From Bacteroidota bacterium (GTDB lineage Bacteria > Bacteroidota > Ignavibacteria > UBA10030 > UBA6906): a stretch of 64,000 nucleotides of DNA. The translations under genes and the position numbers were made by a program. The notes under the pieces are model-generated. The model ran no database searches and was not told the DNA's origin. It worked only from the letters and a program-made list of their open reading frames with translations. The stretch is taken from assembly GCA_031402435.1 (NCBI GenBank), contig JANNSJ010000058.1, forward strand, positions 65,588 to 129,587, in the 5' to 3' direction. This document shows, piece by piece, positions 30,731 through 41,385 of this stretch (within the stretch, counting starts at the first letter, position 1; each line of letters starts with the position of its first letter).

Positions 30731-33196
30731 TTGAGAACCGGCATCATTCTGTTTCTCTTCCTGGTTATTGCCATGGAGGCCCCCGCCGGATCATCGGGCA
30801 AAGTTATCACAGCGGTACGTACTGACCAAGCCCCCACCCTCGATGGTTTGGTGAACGAGCCTCAATGGCAGGTCGCTCCCGCCGCTCTCGATTTCACCCA
30901 ATTTGATCCGGAGGAGGGTGCCCTTCCCACGGAACAAACCTCGGTACGTATTCTTTATGATGACCATGCACTTTATGTTGGGGTGATTTGTTACGATTCG
31001 AAACCAGATCTGATCGTCCATCAACTCACACGACGGGACAGAAGCTCCGAGGCGGAGAGGTTCTCCGTGCAGATCGATTCGTATCATGACCACCAAACAG
31101 CCTTTGTCTTTTCAACGAATGTTTCCGGTGTTCAGAGTGACGGCGTGCTGTCGCAGGATGGTGCTGTGTACGACATAACGTACGATGCCGTGTGGAGCGT
31201 GAAGACGGCGACCTATCTTGATGGCTGGTCTGCGGAGTTCGAAATTCCATACAACGCTTTGAGATTTTCCGAGCAGGAAGGAATCGATCTGGAATGGGGG
31301 ATCAACTTCCGGCGCTATATCAGCCGTAAGCACGAAACCGACGAATGGGTCATGGTCCCACGTAGCGAGCGATTGCAAATCTCGCGTTGGGGCCACATGC
31401 GTGGGCTCAGGAACATCTCACCACCGTTGCATCTCAACATCTCACCGTATATTTCCAGCACTTCAACACTCCATCCGGCAAACTCATACTGGTCACGGGC
31501 ATCCGACCATGCGTTGCTCGGTGGACTTGATCTGAAGTATGGTATCACACGAGACTTTACGCTCGACGCCACGGTGAATCCCGACTTCGGCCAGGTGGAA
31601 GTCGATCAGGCAGTCCTCAATCTCACCGTTTTCGAGACGCGGTTCCCTGAGAAGCGCCCCTTCTTTGTGGAAGGCTCACAGCTTTTTACATTCGGGGCAG
31701 GAGTTGATAACACATCCATGCCTCTGTTTTTTTCGCGCCGGATAGGAAAACGGCCTTCGAACGCATCTGACATTGATAACATCTTTATCGGTCCGAACCC
31801 TCCGACAGGCGTTTCGCTTGAAGAGAACCCATCGGTTACTACCATTCTAGGCGCAGCAAAAATCTCAGGTCATTCCAACGCAGGCCTCTCGGTTGGTGCC
31901 CTCTCTGCAGTGACTGACGTGGAAGATGCCCTACTCAGGCTTTCTTTTGGAAGAGATTCTTCTGTACAGACAGAACCTCGAGGTTCATACAACGTTTTCC
32001 GCTTGAAGCAGGATTTGGGAAACGATTCCTGGGTTGGCGGCATTGCCACGGTTGTGTCACGCGACGGGATGTCTCCTGCGTTTTCGGGAGGAGTTGATTG
32101 GAACGCCCGGTTCGGTAATGGTTCCTACGCCTGGGATGGCTTTGCTGCGGCAGCACATTCGGCGAGTACGACAACGCGGCGGGACGGGTTTGCAGGGCGC
32201 CTCCTTATCTCGAAGATTGCCGCCGAGCATTGGTTCTACACGACCTCGTATGATTTTGCCTCACGCTACTTCAACCCCAATGCCATTGGTTTCTTTGCCC
32301 AGCCACATGACCATGGTGGATATGTGCAGCTGCTCTACCGCGAGAACTTTGCTAAAGGGGTATTTCGAAGATATTCCGCGGCTCTCAATCCCGAATATCG
32401 CTGGAATTGGGATGGGGTGTTGACACGTGCTACTCTCAACACAGAGTTCAGCGGCGAGTTCGCAAGCTTCTGGCAGGGGACATTCGGATATACGTATTCC
32501 CACTCCGCATTTGATGATGCTGAGCGGGGAATCATCGGGATATACAAACGTCCCGCTGGTCATACCCTTCAATTATCCGTCACCACCGATGGACGCAAAG
32601 ATGTTTCTGCAAGCGTCACGGGAATCTATGATGTCGACGTGAGAAGGAAGCGACGCATTATCGGTCAAGTCGGTCTGACGTTACGACCTGCCTCCTGGAT
32701 GGAGTTGACGCCGCTGGTGTATTATGCACACACGCGAAATGAAGAAGCGTGGGTGTTTCCGGGAGGGAACATTGTTGATAATTCTATATCACCACTACAG
32801 TTCAGTGTGTTTGGCGAACGGGATGTTGATCAACTTGATCTTGAACTGAGGGGAATAGTGACATTTACTCGCGACATCTCACTTCAGTTTTTCTCACAGG
32901 TGTTTCTCGCTCGCGGACGGTACGACAGCTATCGACGCCTGGGGAGAGGTGAAGAGCTGATACCATATGTTCCTCTCGCCAACTTCACGGACTTCAATGA
33001 GATTTCGTTCAATGCCAATGTACTTTTACGATGGGAGTATTTGCCAGGCAGCACGATCTATCTTGTCTGGACACAGGAACGTTCCAGTGACAGTCGGAAT
33101 TATTCTTCGGGGTTTGGGCGCCGGTTCAACGATACGTTTTCCATTCCGCATGAGGATGTCTTACTTCTGAAGGTCAGCTACTTGTTGCCGCTATAA
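30731..33196 (+). CDS. CBM9-like/DUF5916 family secreted protein (putative outer-membrane associated)
   Basis: 821 aa with a signal peptide (TTG start). The N-terminal domain with DGxLxEPxW resembles CBM family 9. The long beta-rich C-terminal region is as in DUF5916 proteins of the FCB group. Confidence 0.45.
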   Translation: MRTGIILFLFLVIAMEAPAGSSGKVITAVRTDQAPTLDGLVNEPQWQVAPAALDFTQFDPEEGALPTEQTSVRILYDDHALYVGVICYDSKPDLIVHQLTRRDRSSEAERFSVQIDSYHDHQTAFVFSTNVSGVQSDGVLSQDGAVYDITYDAVWSVKTATYLDGWSAEFEIPYNALRFSEQEGIDLEWGINFRRYISRKHETDEWVMVPRSERLQISRWGHMRGLRNISPPLHLNISPYISSTSTLHPANSYWSRASDHALLGGLDLKYGITRDFTLDATVNPDFGQVEVDQAVLNLTVFETRFPEKRPFFVEGSQLFTFGAGVDNTSMPLFFSRRIGKRPSNASDIDNIFIGPNPPTGVSLEENPSVTTILGAAKISGHSNAGLSVGALSAVTDVEDALLRLSFGRDSSVQTEPRGSYNVFRLKQDLGNDSWVGGIATVVSRDGMSPAFSGGVDWNARFGNGSYAWDGFAAAAHSASTTTRRDGFAGRLLISKIAAEHWFYTTSYDFASRYFNPNAIGFFAQPHDHGGYVQLLYRENFAKGVFRRYSAALNPEYRWNWDGVLTRATLNTEFSGEFASFWQGTFGYTYSHSAFDDAERGIIGIYKRPAGHTLQLSVTTDGRKDVSASVTGIYDVDVRRKRRIIGQVGLTLRPASWMELTPLVYYAHTRNEEAWVFPGGNIVDNSISPLQFSVFGERDVDQLDLELRGIVTFTRDISLQFFSQVFLARGRYDSYRRLGRGEELIPYVPLANFTDFNEISFNANVLLRWEYLPGSTIYLVWTQERSSDSRNYSSGFGRRFNDTFSIPHEDVLLLKVSYLLPL

Positions 33197-34096
33197 ATTC
33201 TTCTTGAAGAACCCCACGATCCTCCCATTGTATTCTGCCCCTCCTATTTCCGCCATGTCGTGGTGCTTTGCACCGTTTATGAGCCACAGCTCTTTGGGCG
33301 GGCTGCTGTTCTTGTAGAGCAGTTCGGAATACTGATAGTTGATGAGCGAGTCTGCGGTGCCATGAAGAATGAACATCGGAACGTGGAGATCGCGAACAGC
33401 ATCAAGGGGAGAAACTGCGTTTGCTTTGAAGTGCGCAAGATGCTCCGATCGCTTGATGACAAGATTGCGGAGATAGTGCCACGGCATCTTGATGATCCGC
33501 TTCTGGTAGTCGTCGAAGACCATGCGAAGTGTTGCGAACCCACTTTCTGCGATCACGGCTTTCACGCGCTTATCGATTGCCGCGGCCTGGATAGCCACCG
33601 CCGCTCCCATGGAACTACCGAACAAGCCGATGCTTCCCAGATGGACGTCGGATCGTTGCTCCAGGTAATTGATGACCGTGCTGACGTCATGCTTCTCGTA
33701 AAAGCCGTAGGTGCAATATTTTCCTTCGCTGTCACCGTGTCTGCGCGAATCGTACAGGAACATATTGAACCCATTATCGTGCAGCACTTTTGCTATCGTC
33801 AGTCCGACGATCTTGCATTCACTCACCCCATGAAGATAAATGACCGTCCCTCTTGACGGTTGACGTGCTTTGATAAGCCAGCAACTTAATCCAATTCCTT
33901 CCGCCGTTTTCAGGGTCAGCTCTTCATATGGCAACCCAGCGTCGTCGGGGTGTATGATGGTTGTGTACTTGCGATAGAATTCAATTGTGCGCCGGTGGGG
34001 CTGAAGCAGCATTATGGGTCCAATAACAAAGAGGACAAGAGAGAGGAACACCATAAAGAGGATAACAGTGAGGATCAGTGCGAGAAGAACACTCAT
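33191..34096 (-). CDS. Alpha/beta-fold hydrolase (S9/dienelactone hydrolase-like) with N-terminal membrane anchor
   Basis: N-terminal TM helix. Nucleophile elbow GSSMG and a downstream HGTAD-type acid/His region. Confidence 0.65.
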   Translation of the reverse strand: MSVLLALILTVILFMVFLSLVLFVIGPIMLLQPHRRTIEFYRKYTTIIHPDDAGLPYEELTLKTAEGIGLSCWLIKARQPSRGTVIYLHGVSECKIVGLTIAKVLHDNGFNMFLYDSRRHGDSEGKYCTYGFYEKHDVSTVINYLEQRSDVHLGSIGLFGSSMGAAVAIQAAAIDKRVKAVIAESGFATLRMVFDDYQKRIIKMPWHYLRNLVIKRSEHLAHFKANAVSPLDAVRDLHVPMFILHGTADSLINYQYSELLYKNSSPPKELWLINGAKHHDMAEIGGAEYNGRIVGFFKKNL

Positions 34097-34278
34097 GAAG
34101 AAAAGCGGCTATGGTCGATTGATGCGCTGCAGATCGTACTTCAATATAGGGAGATGTGTTTACGGAAGCAACCGGAGTCGTTGCTTCTCCTTTAACCTCT
34201 TGGTATATTCACCCGTGTTGTTGTCAAGCACATCTTCTCCCTTGCGCATCATGTCGTAACGGTAAACATCATCACAGG

Positions 34279-35412
34279 ATGGAACTCCCCAAACGTATAG
34301 CGATTGTTCACGAGTGGTTCACCTCTATGCGGGGAGGCGAGAAGTGCGTTGAAGTGTTGTGCGAACTCTTTCCGCACGCAGAGTTGTTTACACTTCTGCA
34401 TGTGGAAGGCTCCGTCTCACCGACGATTGAGCGAATGCCGATTCACACATCCTTCATTCAAAATCTTCTCGGCGCTCAACACCGATATCGCCATTACCTC
34501 CCGCTGTTCCCGACAGCAATTGAGCGTTTCGATTTGAGTGGCTATGATCTTGTTATTACATCAAACCACTGCGTCGCAAAGGGTGTCCGCGTGCCGCCAA
34601 CCGCGCTGCACGTTTGTTACTGCTACACCCCCATGCGATATATCTGGGGATTGTATGACGAGTACTTTGGCAAGGATCGCGCCGGGCTGCTCACACGTAT
34701 GGGGATGCGCGTCTTCCTCAACTACTTGCGTCGGTGGGATGTGCGCACTGCCGACAATCCCGACCGTTTCATTGCCATCTCCGAACATATCCGTCAACGA
34801 ATCAGGGATATTTATCATCGATCATCTGATATTATTTATCCACCCGTCAACACCTCTCTCTTCCAGCCCTCTCATTCTGATGACGATTACTTCTTAATCG
34901 TGAGTGCGTTCGTTCCGTACAAGCGGGTTGATCTTGCTGTTGAAGCGTTCAATCAATTGCGCGAACGTCTCGTGGTGGTTGGTGATGGCCCTGATGCTCA
35001 ACGGCTTCGTTCAATGGCAAAGAACAACATCGAATTTGTCGGCTGGCAGTCGGATGAAAAATTGAAGGAATACTATGCCCGTTGCAAGGCGTTGGTTTTT
35101 CCGGGAGAAGAGGATTTCGGAATTGTCCCTCTTGAAGCGATGGCATCGGGGAAGCCTGTCATTGCTTTCGCGAAAGGTGGTGCACTTGAAACCGTTATCC
35201 GAAGCCGTAGCTTGAAGACCGGCGTTCTTTTTGAGCAGCAGACGGTGGAGTCGTTGGCATCAGCAGTAGAGTCCTTCAAGAACATGCAGTTCTCTCCCGA
35301 AATGCTTCGCGCATTTGCATTGACTTTCGATCGGGAAGTATATAAGCGCCGGATGAAAGAGTATCTGGAACGCGCCTGGGCCGAATTTGTTACGCATCCT
35401 CCCAAGCGTTGA
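34279..35412 (+). CDS. Glycosyltransferase family 4 (GT-B, retaining)
   Basis: Start moved to ATG 34279 (MELPKRIAIVHEW). The C-terminal EDFGIVPLEAMASGKPVIA motif is the classic GT4 EX7E region. Confidence 0.7.
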   Translation: MELPKRIAIVHEWFTSMRGGEKCVEVLCELFPHAELFTLLHVEGSVSPTIERMPIHTSFIQNLLGAQHRYRHYLPLFPTAIERFDLSGYDLVITSNHCVAKGVRVPPTALHVCYCYTPMRYIWGLYDEYFGKDRAGLLTRMGMRVFLNYLRRWDVRTADNPDRFIAISEHIRQRIRDIYHRSSDIIYPPVNTSLFQPSHSDDDYFLIVSAFVPYKRVDLAVEAFNQLRERLVVVGDGPDAQRLRSMAKNNIEFVGWQSDEKLKEYYARCKALVFPGEEDFGIVPLEAMASGKPVIAFAKGGALETVIRSRSLKTGVLFEQQTVESLASAVESFKNMQFSPEMLRAFALTFDREVYKRRMKEYLERAWAEFVTHPPKR

Positions 35413-35496
35413 AAAGAGAATAAGTTATCGCATTCCCTCGTTGACATTCCGGCACCTTTTCCGTATATTTCCAATCCAAATTTGCCACTAGTGGAT

Positions 35497-36411
35497 ATGC
35501 CCCCCGAGGAAGGCCGACGCAAGAAAGACCCCGTTAGGTATGAGATTCTCTTGGTTCCACAGGGGGAGGGGGGTAAGAAGCGGTCTTTCCATGTAAGTAG
35601 AGGCCGGCTTTTGGGATTCATAGCAGTAGCGCTCTTTGTGATTTCGTCCAGTATTGTAATGCTGTTGGTGTACACGCCCATCGTGATGTACATCCCGATC
35701 AAGAATCCCGCTATCGAAGAGCGGTATGGAAAGCAAATTCTTGAGACACAGCAAAGGTTGAATGATCTGGCACAAGATGTTCTTTCTCTAAGAGACTATA
35801 ACCAGCAACTTCGCAAAGCTCTCGGTGAATTCAGGGGTAAGGACTCGAGTACTGAAAAAACACTCGCATCGCGAATACCTGAACACCGACAGGCCGAAGT
35901 AGAAGTAGAAGATTCCGGATCTATAGGAACGCCCGATGACACCCTGGGAAGTCGTCCGGAAACGTATGGAGATTATGATCTGGCGCTGGCAGGAGTAGTA
36001 CCCGTGAGCCATGAAGCGTTCCGGGCGTCATTCCCGCTGCTCGCGCCAACGGAAGGTTTTGTAACACAAGGTTTTGATCCATCGCGTCGCCACTTTGGAA
36101 TTGACTATGCGGTGAAACGCGGAACCCCCGTGTATGCTGCGACCGATGGCTACGTGGTGTTCTCAAGTTGGACGTACGATGACGGCAACATGATCATCCT
36201 TTCTCACGGTAGCGGGTATTTGACGCTGTACAAGCACAACCAGTTATTGCTGAAGAGTTCACACGCATTCGTCAGACGGGGTGAATTGATTGCACAGAGC
36301 GGTTCCACAGGAAAAACGAGTTCCGGATCCCATCTGCACTTTGAAGTATGGAAGGACGGTTTGCCGCAGGATCCGCAAGAGTACCTGCTGACGGTATCGA
36401 AGATTCAGTAA
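35497..36411 (+). CDS. M23 family peptidoglycan DD-metalloendopeptidase
   Basis: N-terminal TM anchor and coiled-coil. The C-terminal LytM domain has HFGIDYA...GSHLHFEV (HxxxD and HxH zinc ligands). Confidence 0.8.
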   Translation: MPPEEGRRKKDPVRYEILLVPQGEGGKKRSFHVSRGRLLGFIAVALFVISSSIVMLLVYTPIVMYIPIKNPAIEERYGKQILETQQRLNDLAQDVLSLRDYNQQLRKALGEFRGKDSSTEKTLASRIPEHRQAEVEVEDSGSIGTPDDTLGSRPETYGDYDLALAGVVPVSHEAFRASFPLLAPTEGFVTQGFDPSRRHFGIDYAVKRGTPVYAATDGYVVFSSWTYDDGNMIILSHGSGYLTLYKHNQLLLKSSHAFVRRGELIAQSGSTGKTSSGSHLHFEVWKDGLPQDPQEYLLTVSKIQ

Positions 36412-36426
36412 ACAGCGGAGGATGCA

Positions 36427-36798
36427 TTGGCAGAGAAACACGAGGCAAACGGTGAGTTAAGTTTAATAGGTGCGGGGACCAAAGTAGAGGGGCAGATTAC
36501 GACCGAAGGCAGTATTCGCATTGACGGCACAATGATTGGGAACGTGGACGCGAAAGCAAATGCAGCCATTGGACCGTCGGGAAATGTTGATGGTAACCTC
36601 AGTGCGAAAAATGTGTCTCTTTCGGGCAAACTGAAGGGGGCAATCAACGCAAGCGAGAAATTGATTCTCGAAAGCAAGTCGGTGCTTCACGGTGACATCA
36701 AGGCATCGAAGCTTGTTGTGGATGAGGGTGCGATCTTTGATGGCAAGTGCAGTATGACATCCGAAACGGAAGAAGCGGCGTCTTCCGATACCAAGTGA
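36427..36798 (+). CDS. Bactofilin (polymer-forming cytoskeletal protein, CcmA-like)
   Basis: 123 aa. Repetitive beta-helical pattern GxIxIDGxxxGNV...LSGKLKG is characteristic of the bactofilin (DUF583) domain. Confidence 0.8.
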   Translation: MAEKHEANGELSLIGAGTKVEGQITTEGSIRIDGTMIGNVDAKANAAIGPSGNVDGNLSAKNVSLSGKLKGAINASEKLILESKSVLHGDIKASKLVVDEGAIFDGKCSMTSETEEAASSDTK

Positions 36799-37076
36799 CT
36801 CGTGAACCCGGCGGCAACCCGGGTGACTCCGGAAGAAAGTGGGTCACCGCATTTGCGCCATACCTCACCATCGGAATGCAGCTTGCCTTTGCAGTTGTTG
36901 GATTTTTCTTTCTCGGAAGATGGCTGGATGGTGTGTTCTATACCACGCCGTGGCTGATGATCACCGGACTGGTGATCGGCACAACCGGCGGATTTATCGG
37001 CTTCTTTCGGGCGGCGATTTCGATGGCAAAGAAAGAAGACGAACTGGAACACAAGAGCAATGAGAGCGGGAAGTGA
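36795..37076 (+). CDS. atpZ: AtpZ/AtpI-like small membrane protein of the F0F1 ATP synthase operon
   Basis: Two TM helices and WLD motif (FFFLGRWLDGVF), positioned two genes upstream of atpB. Start uncertain; GTG 36795 gives a GTGA overlap with the bactofilin stop, with later alternatives. Confidence 0.45.
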   Translation: MTREPGGNPGDSGRKWVTAFAPYLTIGMQLAFAVVGFFFLGRWLDGVFYTTPWLMITGLVIGTTGGFIGFFRAAISMAKKEDELEHKSNESGK

Positions 37077-37465
37077 AGATCGATAAGCGATTCCCGTTGC
37101 AAGTGTTGAGTGCTCTGATGATTGCGGGGATAGTGAGTGCGTACCCGCTGATGAAATTCGGTTCGGCAGAGATTCTGCTCGCTGTCGGCGTCGGAGCGCT
37201 CTTGAGCACGATCAATGTGATGCTTGGTTTTTTTGCAATAGAATACTCGTTTGAAAGATCGTACACAACATTTCTGAAGGCAGTTCTCGGAGGGATGGGT
37301 GTGCGAATGGCATTGATGCTGACAGCGTTGCTGGTGTTAATCAAATTCGTTGGGTTGCACGCTGTTGCGCTAACAGTTTCATTGTTGTCGCTCTATTTGG
37401 TGTTCCTGGTACTCGAAGTGGTTTTCATCCAGAGAAAAGTTCTCGTTAAGAATCAACACACATAG
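37073..37465 (+). CDS. Small polytopic membrane protein, AtpI-like (ATP synthase protein I, putative)
   Basis: 130 aa and very hydrophobic (about 4 TM). GTGA overlap with atpZ. It lies immediately upstream of atpB, as in many FCB-group atp operons. Confidence 0.4.
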   Translation: MKIDKRFPLQVLSALMIAGIVSAYPLMKFGSAEILLAVGVGALLSTINVMLGFFAIEYSFERSYTTFLKAVLGGMGVRMALMLTALLVLIKFVGLHAVALTVSLLSLYLVFLVLEVVFIQRKVLVKNQHT

Positions 37466-37474
37466 CTGACCCGA

Positions 37475-38410
37475 ATGTTTGCATTTTTGAATTCCGCAGA
37501 AGATACAACGCACGCCGTACACACAGCAACCGATTCACTTCATGCTATTGCCGGACATGGTGGTGAACACGGAGGAGAGCATGGTGGCAACCTGTTCACA
37601 CAACTTCTCCACCACGTTCAAGACTCACACGAGCTTGAACTTCCATTCATCGGTCATGTCGAGCTTCCCCATTTTCCACCTGTTCATATCGCTGGCCTTA
37701 CAATTGATCTGTCGATAACGAAGCATGTTGTTTTTCTCTGGCTTGCAGCGATCATTCTCTGTGTGCTTGCGATCAGCGCAGCGCGTAAGAACAAAAAGCG
37801 TCGCGTACCCACCGGCTTTGGTAATCTAATGGAAGTCTTCGTCCAGTTCGTTCGCGATGATATCATTATCCCGAACATGGGGCCCAAGGGCGTGAAGTAC
37901 ATGCCCTATTTGCTTACGACCTTCTTCTTCATTCTGATCATGAACCTGCTTGGACTGATACCCTACGGAGCATCAGCGACGGGAAACGTAAGCGTAACGG
38001 CGGGACTTGCCATCATCGCGTTTATCGTCATTCAGGCGTCTGCGATCAAGGCGCAAGGATTCGGACATTACCTTGCTCATCTTACCGGCGGCGTACATTG
38101 GGCGCTCTGGCCAATCATGGTGCCGATTGAAATTCTCGGCCTCTTTACAAAACCGTTTGCATTGTGTATCCGTCTTTTTGCCAATATGACTGGAGGGCAC
38201 ATCGTGATCGTGTCGTTGATCGGGTTGATCTTCATCTTTAAATCATACGTTATCGCGATAGGTCCGGTTGGCTTTGTTCTCGGCATAAGTTTTCTGGAAC
38301 TCTTCGTTGCGTTTCTGCAAGCCTATATCTTTACGATGCTCACATCGCTCTTTATGGGTCTCGGTATGCAGGCAGGGGGACACGACGAACATGAGGAGCA
38401 TGCACACTAA
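37475..38410 (+). CDS. atpB: F0F1 ATP synthase subunit a
   Basis: 311 aa polytopic. The conserved Arg-containing helix region (LCIRLFANMTGGH) is canonical for subunit a. Confidence 0.85.
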   Translation: MFAFLNSAEDTTHAVHTATDSLHAIAGHGGEHGGEHGGNLFTQLLHHVQDSHELELPFIGHVELPHFPPVHIAGLTIDLSITKHVVFLWLAAIILCVLAISAARKNKKRRVPTGFGNLMEVFVQFVRDDIIIPNMGPKGVKYMPYLLTTFFFILIMNLLGLIPYGASATGNVSVTAGLAIIAFIVIQASAIKAQGFGHYLAHLTGGVHWALWPIMVPIEILGLFTKPFALCIRLFANMTGGHIVIVSLIGLIFIFKSYVIAIGPVGFVLGISFLELFVAFLQAYIFTMLTSLFMGLGMQAGGHDEHEEHAH

Positions 38411-38505
38411 GAAGAAATCTAATTTACTCAACTGAACACCGTCCTTCTGCAGGACTCGCGTCGGACGAACATGTCACACTATCTTTACAAACCAGGAGGA
38501 ACACA

Positions 38506-38733
38506 ATGGAAGCAACAGGTCTCGGATATTTAGCAGCAGGTATCGGCGCAGCATTGACGGTGATTGGAGCCGGCCTCGGTATCGGCAAGCTCGCAGCCGC
38601 AGCCATGGAAGCAAGCGGCCGCCAGCCGGAAGTCGCAGGTCAGGTTCGCACCTCCATGTTGATTGCAGCAGCACTCATTGAAGGCGCAACGTTCTTTGCT
38701 CTCGCAATCTGCATCATTCTCGCAACCAAGTAA
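38506..38733 (+). CDS. atpE: F0F1 ATP synthase subunit c
   Basis: 75 aa hairpin with a Gly-rich helix 1 (GAGLGIGKLAAAAMEA) and a conserved carboxylate in helix 2 (LIEGATFFAL). Confidence 0.85.
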   Translation: MEATGLGYLAAGIGAALTVIGAGLGIGKLAAAAMEASGRQPEVAGQVRTSMLIAAALIEGATFFALAICIILATK

Positions 38734-38751
38734 TTCACCCGAGGATTATTC

Positions 38752-39237
38752 ATGTTAGAAATCAATCCAGGTCTGATTGTCTGGACCATCATCACGTTCG
38801 TGATCCTGCTTGTGATTCTCCGTGCGAAAGCATGGAAGCCGCTGGTGCAGGCGTTAACGGAGCGTGAAGAAAAAGTCCGTGCAGCATTGCAGCACGCCGA
38901 AGATGCGCAGGCCGAGGCGCAACGCCTGCTTGATGAGAACAAGCGCCAGCTTGCGAAGGCGGAAGAGCAATCGCAACGCGTCATCAAGGAAGGTCGAGAG
39001 ATGGGGGAGAAGTTGAAGGCTGAGATTGTCGAGAAAGCGAATACAAGCGCCCGTGCGATGATCGAGCAGGCAAAGGACGAAATTCGTCGCGAGAAGGAAG
39101 CCGCGCTGACACAGCTTCGCACAGAAGTTGCCGATCTGGCAATCGGCGTGGCAGGAAAAATCATCGACCAGAACCTCGATACGCCCAAGCAGCGGCAGCT
39201 TGTGGATTCGGCAATAAAGGATCTCCAGAAAAACTAG
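38752..39237 (+). CDS. atpF: F0F1 ATP synthase subunit b
   Basis: Single N-terminal TM then a long charged coiled-coil (EAQRLLDENKRQLAKAEEQ). Operon position between atpE and atpH. Confidence 0.75.
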   Translation: MLEINPGLIVWTIITFVILLVILRAKAWKPLVQALTEREEKVRAALQHAEDAQAEAQRLLDENKRQLAKAEEQSQRVIKEGREMGEKLKAEIVEKANTSARAMIEQAKDEIRREKEAALTQLRTEVADLAIGVAGKIIDQNLDTPKQRQLVDSAIKDLQKN

Positions 39238-39240
39238 ACC

Positions 39241-39789
39241 ATGAAAAACACAAGAGTTGCGCGGCGGTATGCGATGGCGCTTATGACCGCTGCCCGAGAA
39301 CAAAACAACATCGAAGGTACGGCAAAGGACATGGAGTTTGTCGGGAAGACACTCGACGAATCCCGCGAATTTCGACTTCTTGTTGCGAGCCCGGTGGTAT
39401 CATCTCCCAGAAAGCGGGAGGTATTCAAGGAAGTGTTCGGTCCGCGTGTTGGCAGGGAAACGATGACGTTCATCAATCTGCTCACATCGAAATCACGCGA
39501 GGCGATTCTGCATGATGTTGCTCAGCAATTCAAAGAGCTGCATGATGAGAAATTGGGAATTGTTAACGTTGAAGTACGGACTACGGTGGAATTCAACGAA
39601 GCTCAGGAAAAAGAACTCCGGACGCAGCTTGAGCGAATGGAAGGCAAAAAGGTGCGGTTCCAGTTTGTGATTGATAAAACGATCAAAGGTGGGATCGTTA
39701 TCAGGATTGGCGACACGGTGTACGATGGAAGTGTCAGCCGTCAGCTTGAGCGCATGCGTGAGCGGTTCATTGCGGGACGCGCAGCATGA
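39241..39789 (+). CDS. atpH: F0F1 ATP synthase subunit delta (OSCP)
   Basis: 182 aa. N-terminus ARRYAMAL resembles the delta N-terminal helix. Operon position upstream of atpA. Confidence 0.75.
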   Translation: MKNTRVARRYAMALMTAAREQNNIEGTAKDMEFVGKTLDESREFRLLVASPVVSSPRKREVFKEVFGPRVGRETMTFINLLTSKSREAILHDVAQQFKELHDEKLGIVNVEVRTTVEFNEAQEKELRTQLERMEGKKVRFQFVIDKTIKGGIVIRIGDTVYDGSVSRQLERMRERFIAGRAA

Positions 39790-39822
39790 TGTTTACACTA
39801 CGATTAGCATAAGGATACGACA

Positions 39823-41379
39823 ATGGCTGAAGTTAGACCAGACGAAGTCTCGGCAATACTCAGGAAACAGCTCGCAGGCTTTGAGAAGGAAACAGATGTA
39901 TACGATGTGGGAACCGTGTTGCAGGTGGGAGACGGTGTTGCCCGCGTGTACGGATTGACCAAGGCACTCATGAGTGAGCTTGTGGAATTTCCCCACGGCG
40001 TGTTCGGGATGGTGTTGAATCTCGAAGAAGATAACGTCGGATGTATTCTCTTCGGCGAAAGCAGCAAGATCAAAGAAGGGGACACCGTCAAGCGCACGGG
40101 GCGCGTTGCCTCCATGCCGGTTGGCGAGAATATGCTTGGCCGTGTTATCAACCCACTCGGTCAGCCGCTTGATGGGCGCGGACCGATTCAAACCGATAAG
40201 TTCCTGCCCATCGAACGGAAGGCGCTCGGCGTTATTGAGCGTCAGCCCGTCAAGGAACCGCTGCAGACAGGCATCAAGGCAATCGACGGAATGATTCCGA
40301 TTGGTCGAGGCCAGCGCGAGTTGATCATCGGCGATCGCCAGACCGGAAAGACCGCGGTTGCTCTTGACGCAATCATCAACCAGAAATTTACTCACACGGA
40401 ACAGTCAAAGAAGATCGGCATCAAGCCGGTCTATTGCATCTACGTGGCTATTGGCCAGAAGAGCTCAACCGTTGCACAGGTTGTCGATAAGCTCCAGTTG
40501 GAAGGCGCAATGGAGTACACAACAGTCATTGCAGCAACAGCAAGCGATCCGGCCCCGATGCAGTTTATTGCTCCGTATTCTGGCGCAACGCTTGGCGAGT
40601 TCTTCCGCGATAGCGGTCGTCACGCGCTTGTGGTATACGATGATCTTTCAAAGCAGGCACAATCATACCGGCAGGTCTCGCTGCTCCTGCGAAGACCCCC
40701 GGGCCGCGAAGCATATCCCGGCGACGTCTTCTATCTCCACTCTCGTTTACTAGAACGTGCGTCGAAACTCAGTGAAGCGCTGGGAGGTGGAAGCCTTACC
40801 GCGCTTCCCGTGATTGAGACGCAGGCAGGCGACGTATCGGCATACATTCCGACAAATGTTATTTCGATTACTGACGGTCAGATTTATCTCGAACCCGGAT
40901 TGTTCAATTCGGGCGTTCGCCCTGCGATCAACGTTGGTATCTCAGTTTCTCGTGTTGGTGGCAATGCGCAAATCAAGGCGATGAAGAAAGTTGCCGGACG
41001 TCTCCGCTTGGAGCTTGCTCAATATCGTGAGCTTGAGGCGTTCGCACGGTTTGGTTCTGATCTTGACAAGGCAACACTGCAGCAGCTCCGTCGCGGTTCA
41101 CGGCTTGTTGAGCTTCTCAAGCAGGGACAGTATCAACCGATGACGGTCGAAAAGCAAGTCGTTAGCTTGTTCGCCGGCACCAACGGGTACTTCGATGAAA
41201 TTCCCATTGAGCATGTGCAGCGTTATGAACGGGAGATGTTGGAGATGCTCGAACTGAAGCATCCCACTCTGCTTGTCTCGATCGCCGAAAAGAAAGAGCT
41301 GACGGAAGACATCCTCACAAAGTTGAATGGTGTCTTGAAAGAGTTTACGAACGTATTCAAGGTATCAGTAAAGGCCTGA
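39823..41379 (+). CDS. atpA: F0F1 ATP synthase subunit alpha
   Basis: 518 aa. Walker A GDRQTGKT, the conserved alpha-subunit region, and a C-terminal helical domain. Confidence 0.95.
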   Translation: MAEVRPDEVSAILRKQLAGFEKETDVYDVGTVLQVGDGVARVYGLTKALMSELVEFPHGVFGMVLNLEEDNVGCILFGESSKIKEGDTVKRTGRVASMPVGENMLGRVINPLGQPLDGRGPIQTDKFLPIERKALGVIERQPVKEPLQTGIKAIDGMIPIGRGQRELIIGDRQTGKTAVALDAIINQKFTHTEQSKKIGIKPVYCIYVAIGQKSSTVAQVVDKLQLEGAMEYTTVIAATASDPAPMQFIAPYSGATLGEFFRDSGRHALVVYDDLSKQAQSYRQVSLLLRRPPGREAYPGDVFYLHSRLLERASKLSEALGGGSLTALPVIETQAGDVSAYIPTNVISITDGQIYLEPGLFNSGVRPAINVGISVSRVGGNAQIKAMKKVAGRLRLELAQYRELEAFARFGSDLDKATLQQLRRGSRLVELLKQGQYQPMTVEKQVVSLFAGTNGYFDEIPIEHVQRYEREMLEMLELKHPTLLVSIAEKKELTEDILTKLNGVLKEFTNVFKVSVKA

Positions 41380-41385
41380 CCGGAT

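Noticed and set aside
38640-39188. 182-aa minus-strand ORF antisense to atpF/atpH
   Set aside because: The Ala/Ser/Arg-rich low-complexity translation reflects the GC-rich third positions of the sense genes. It is not an independent gene.
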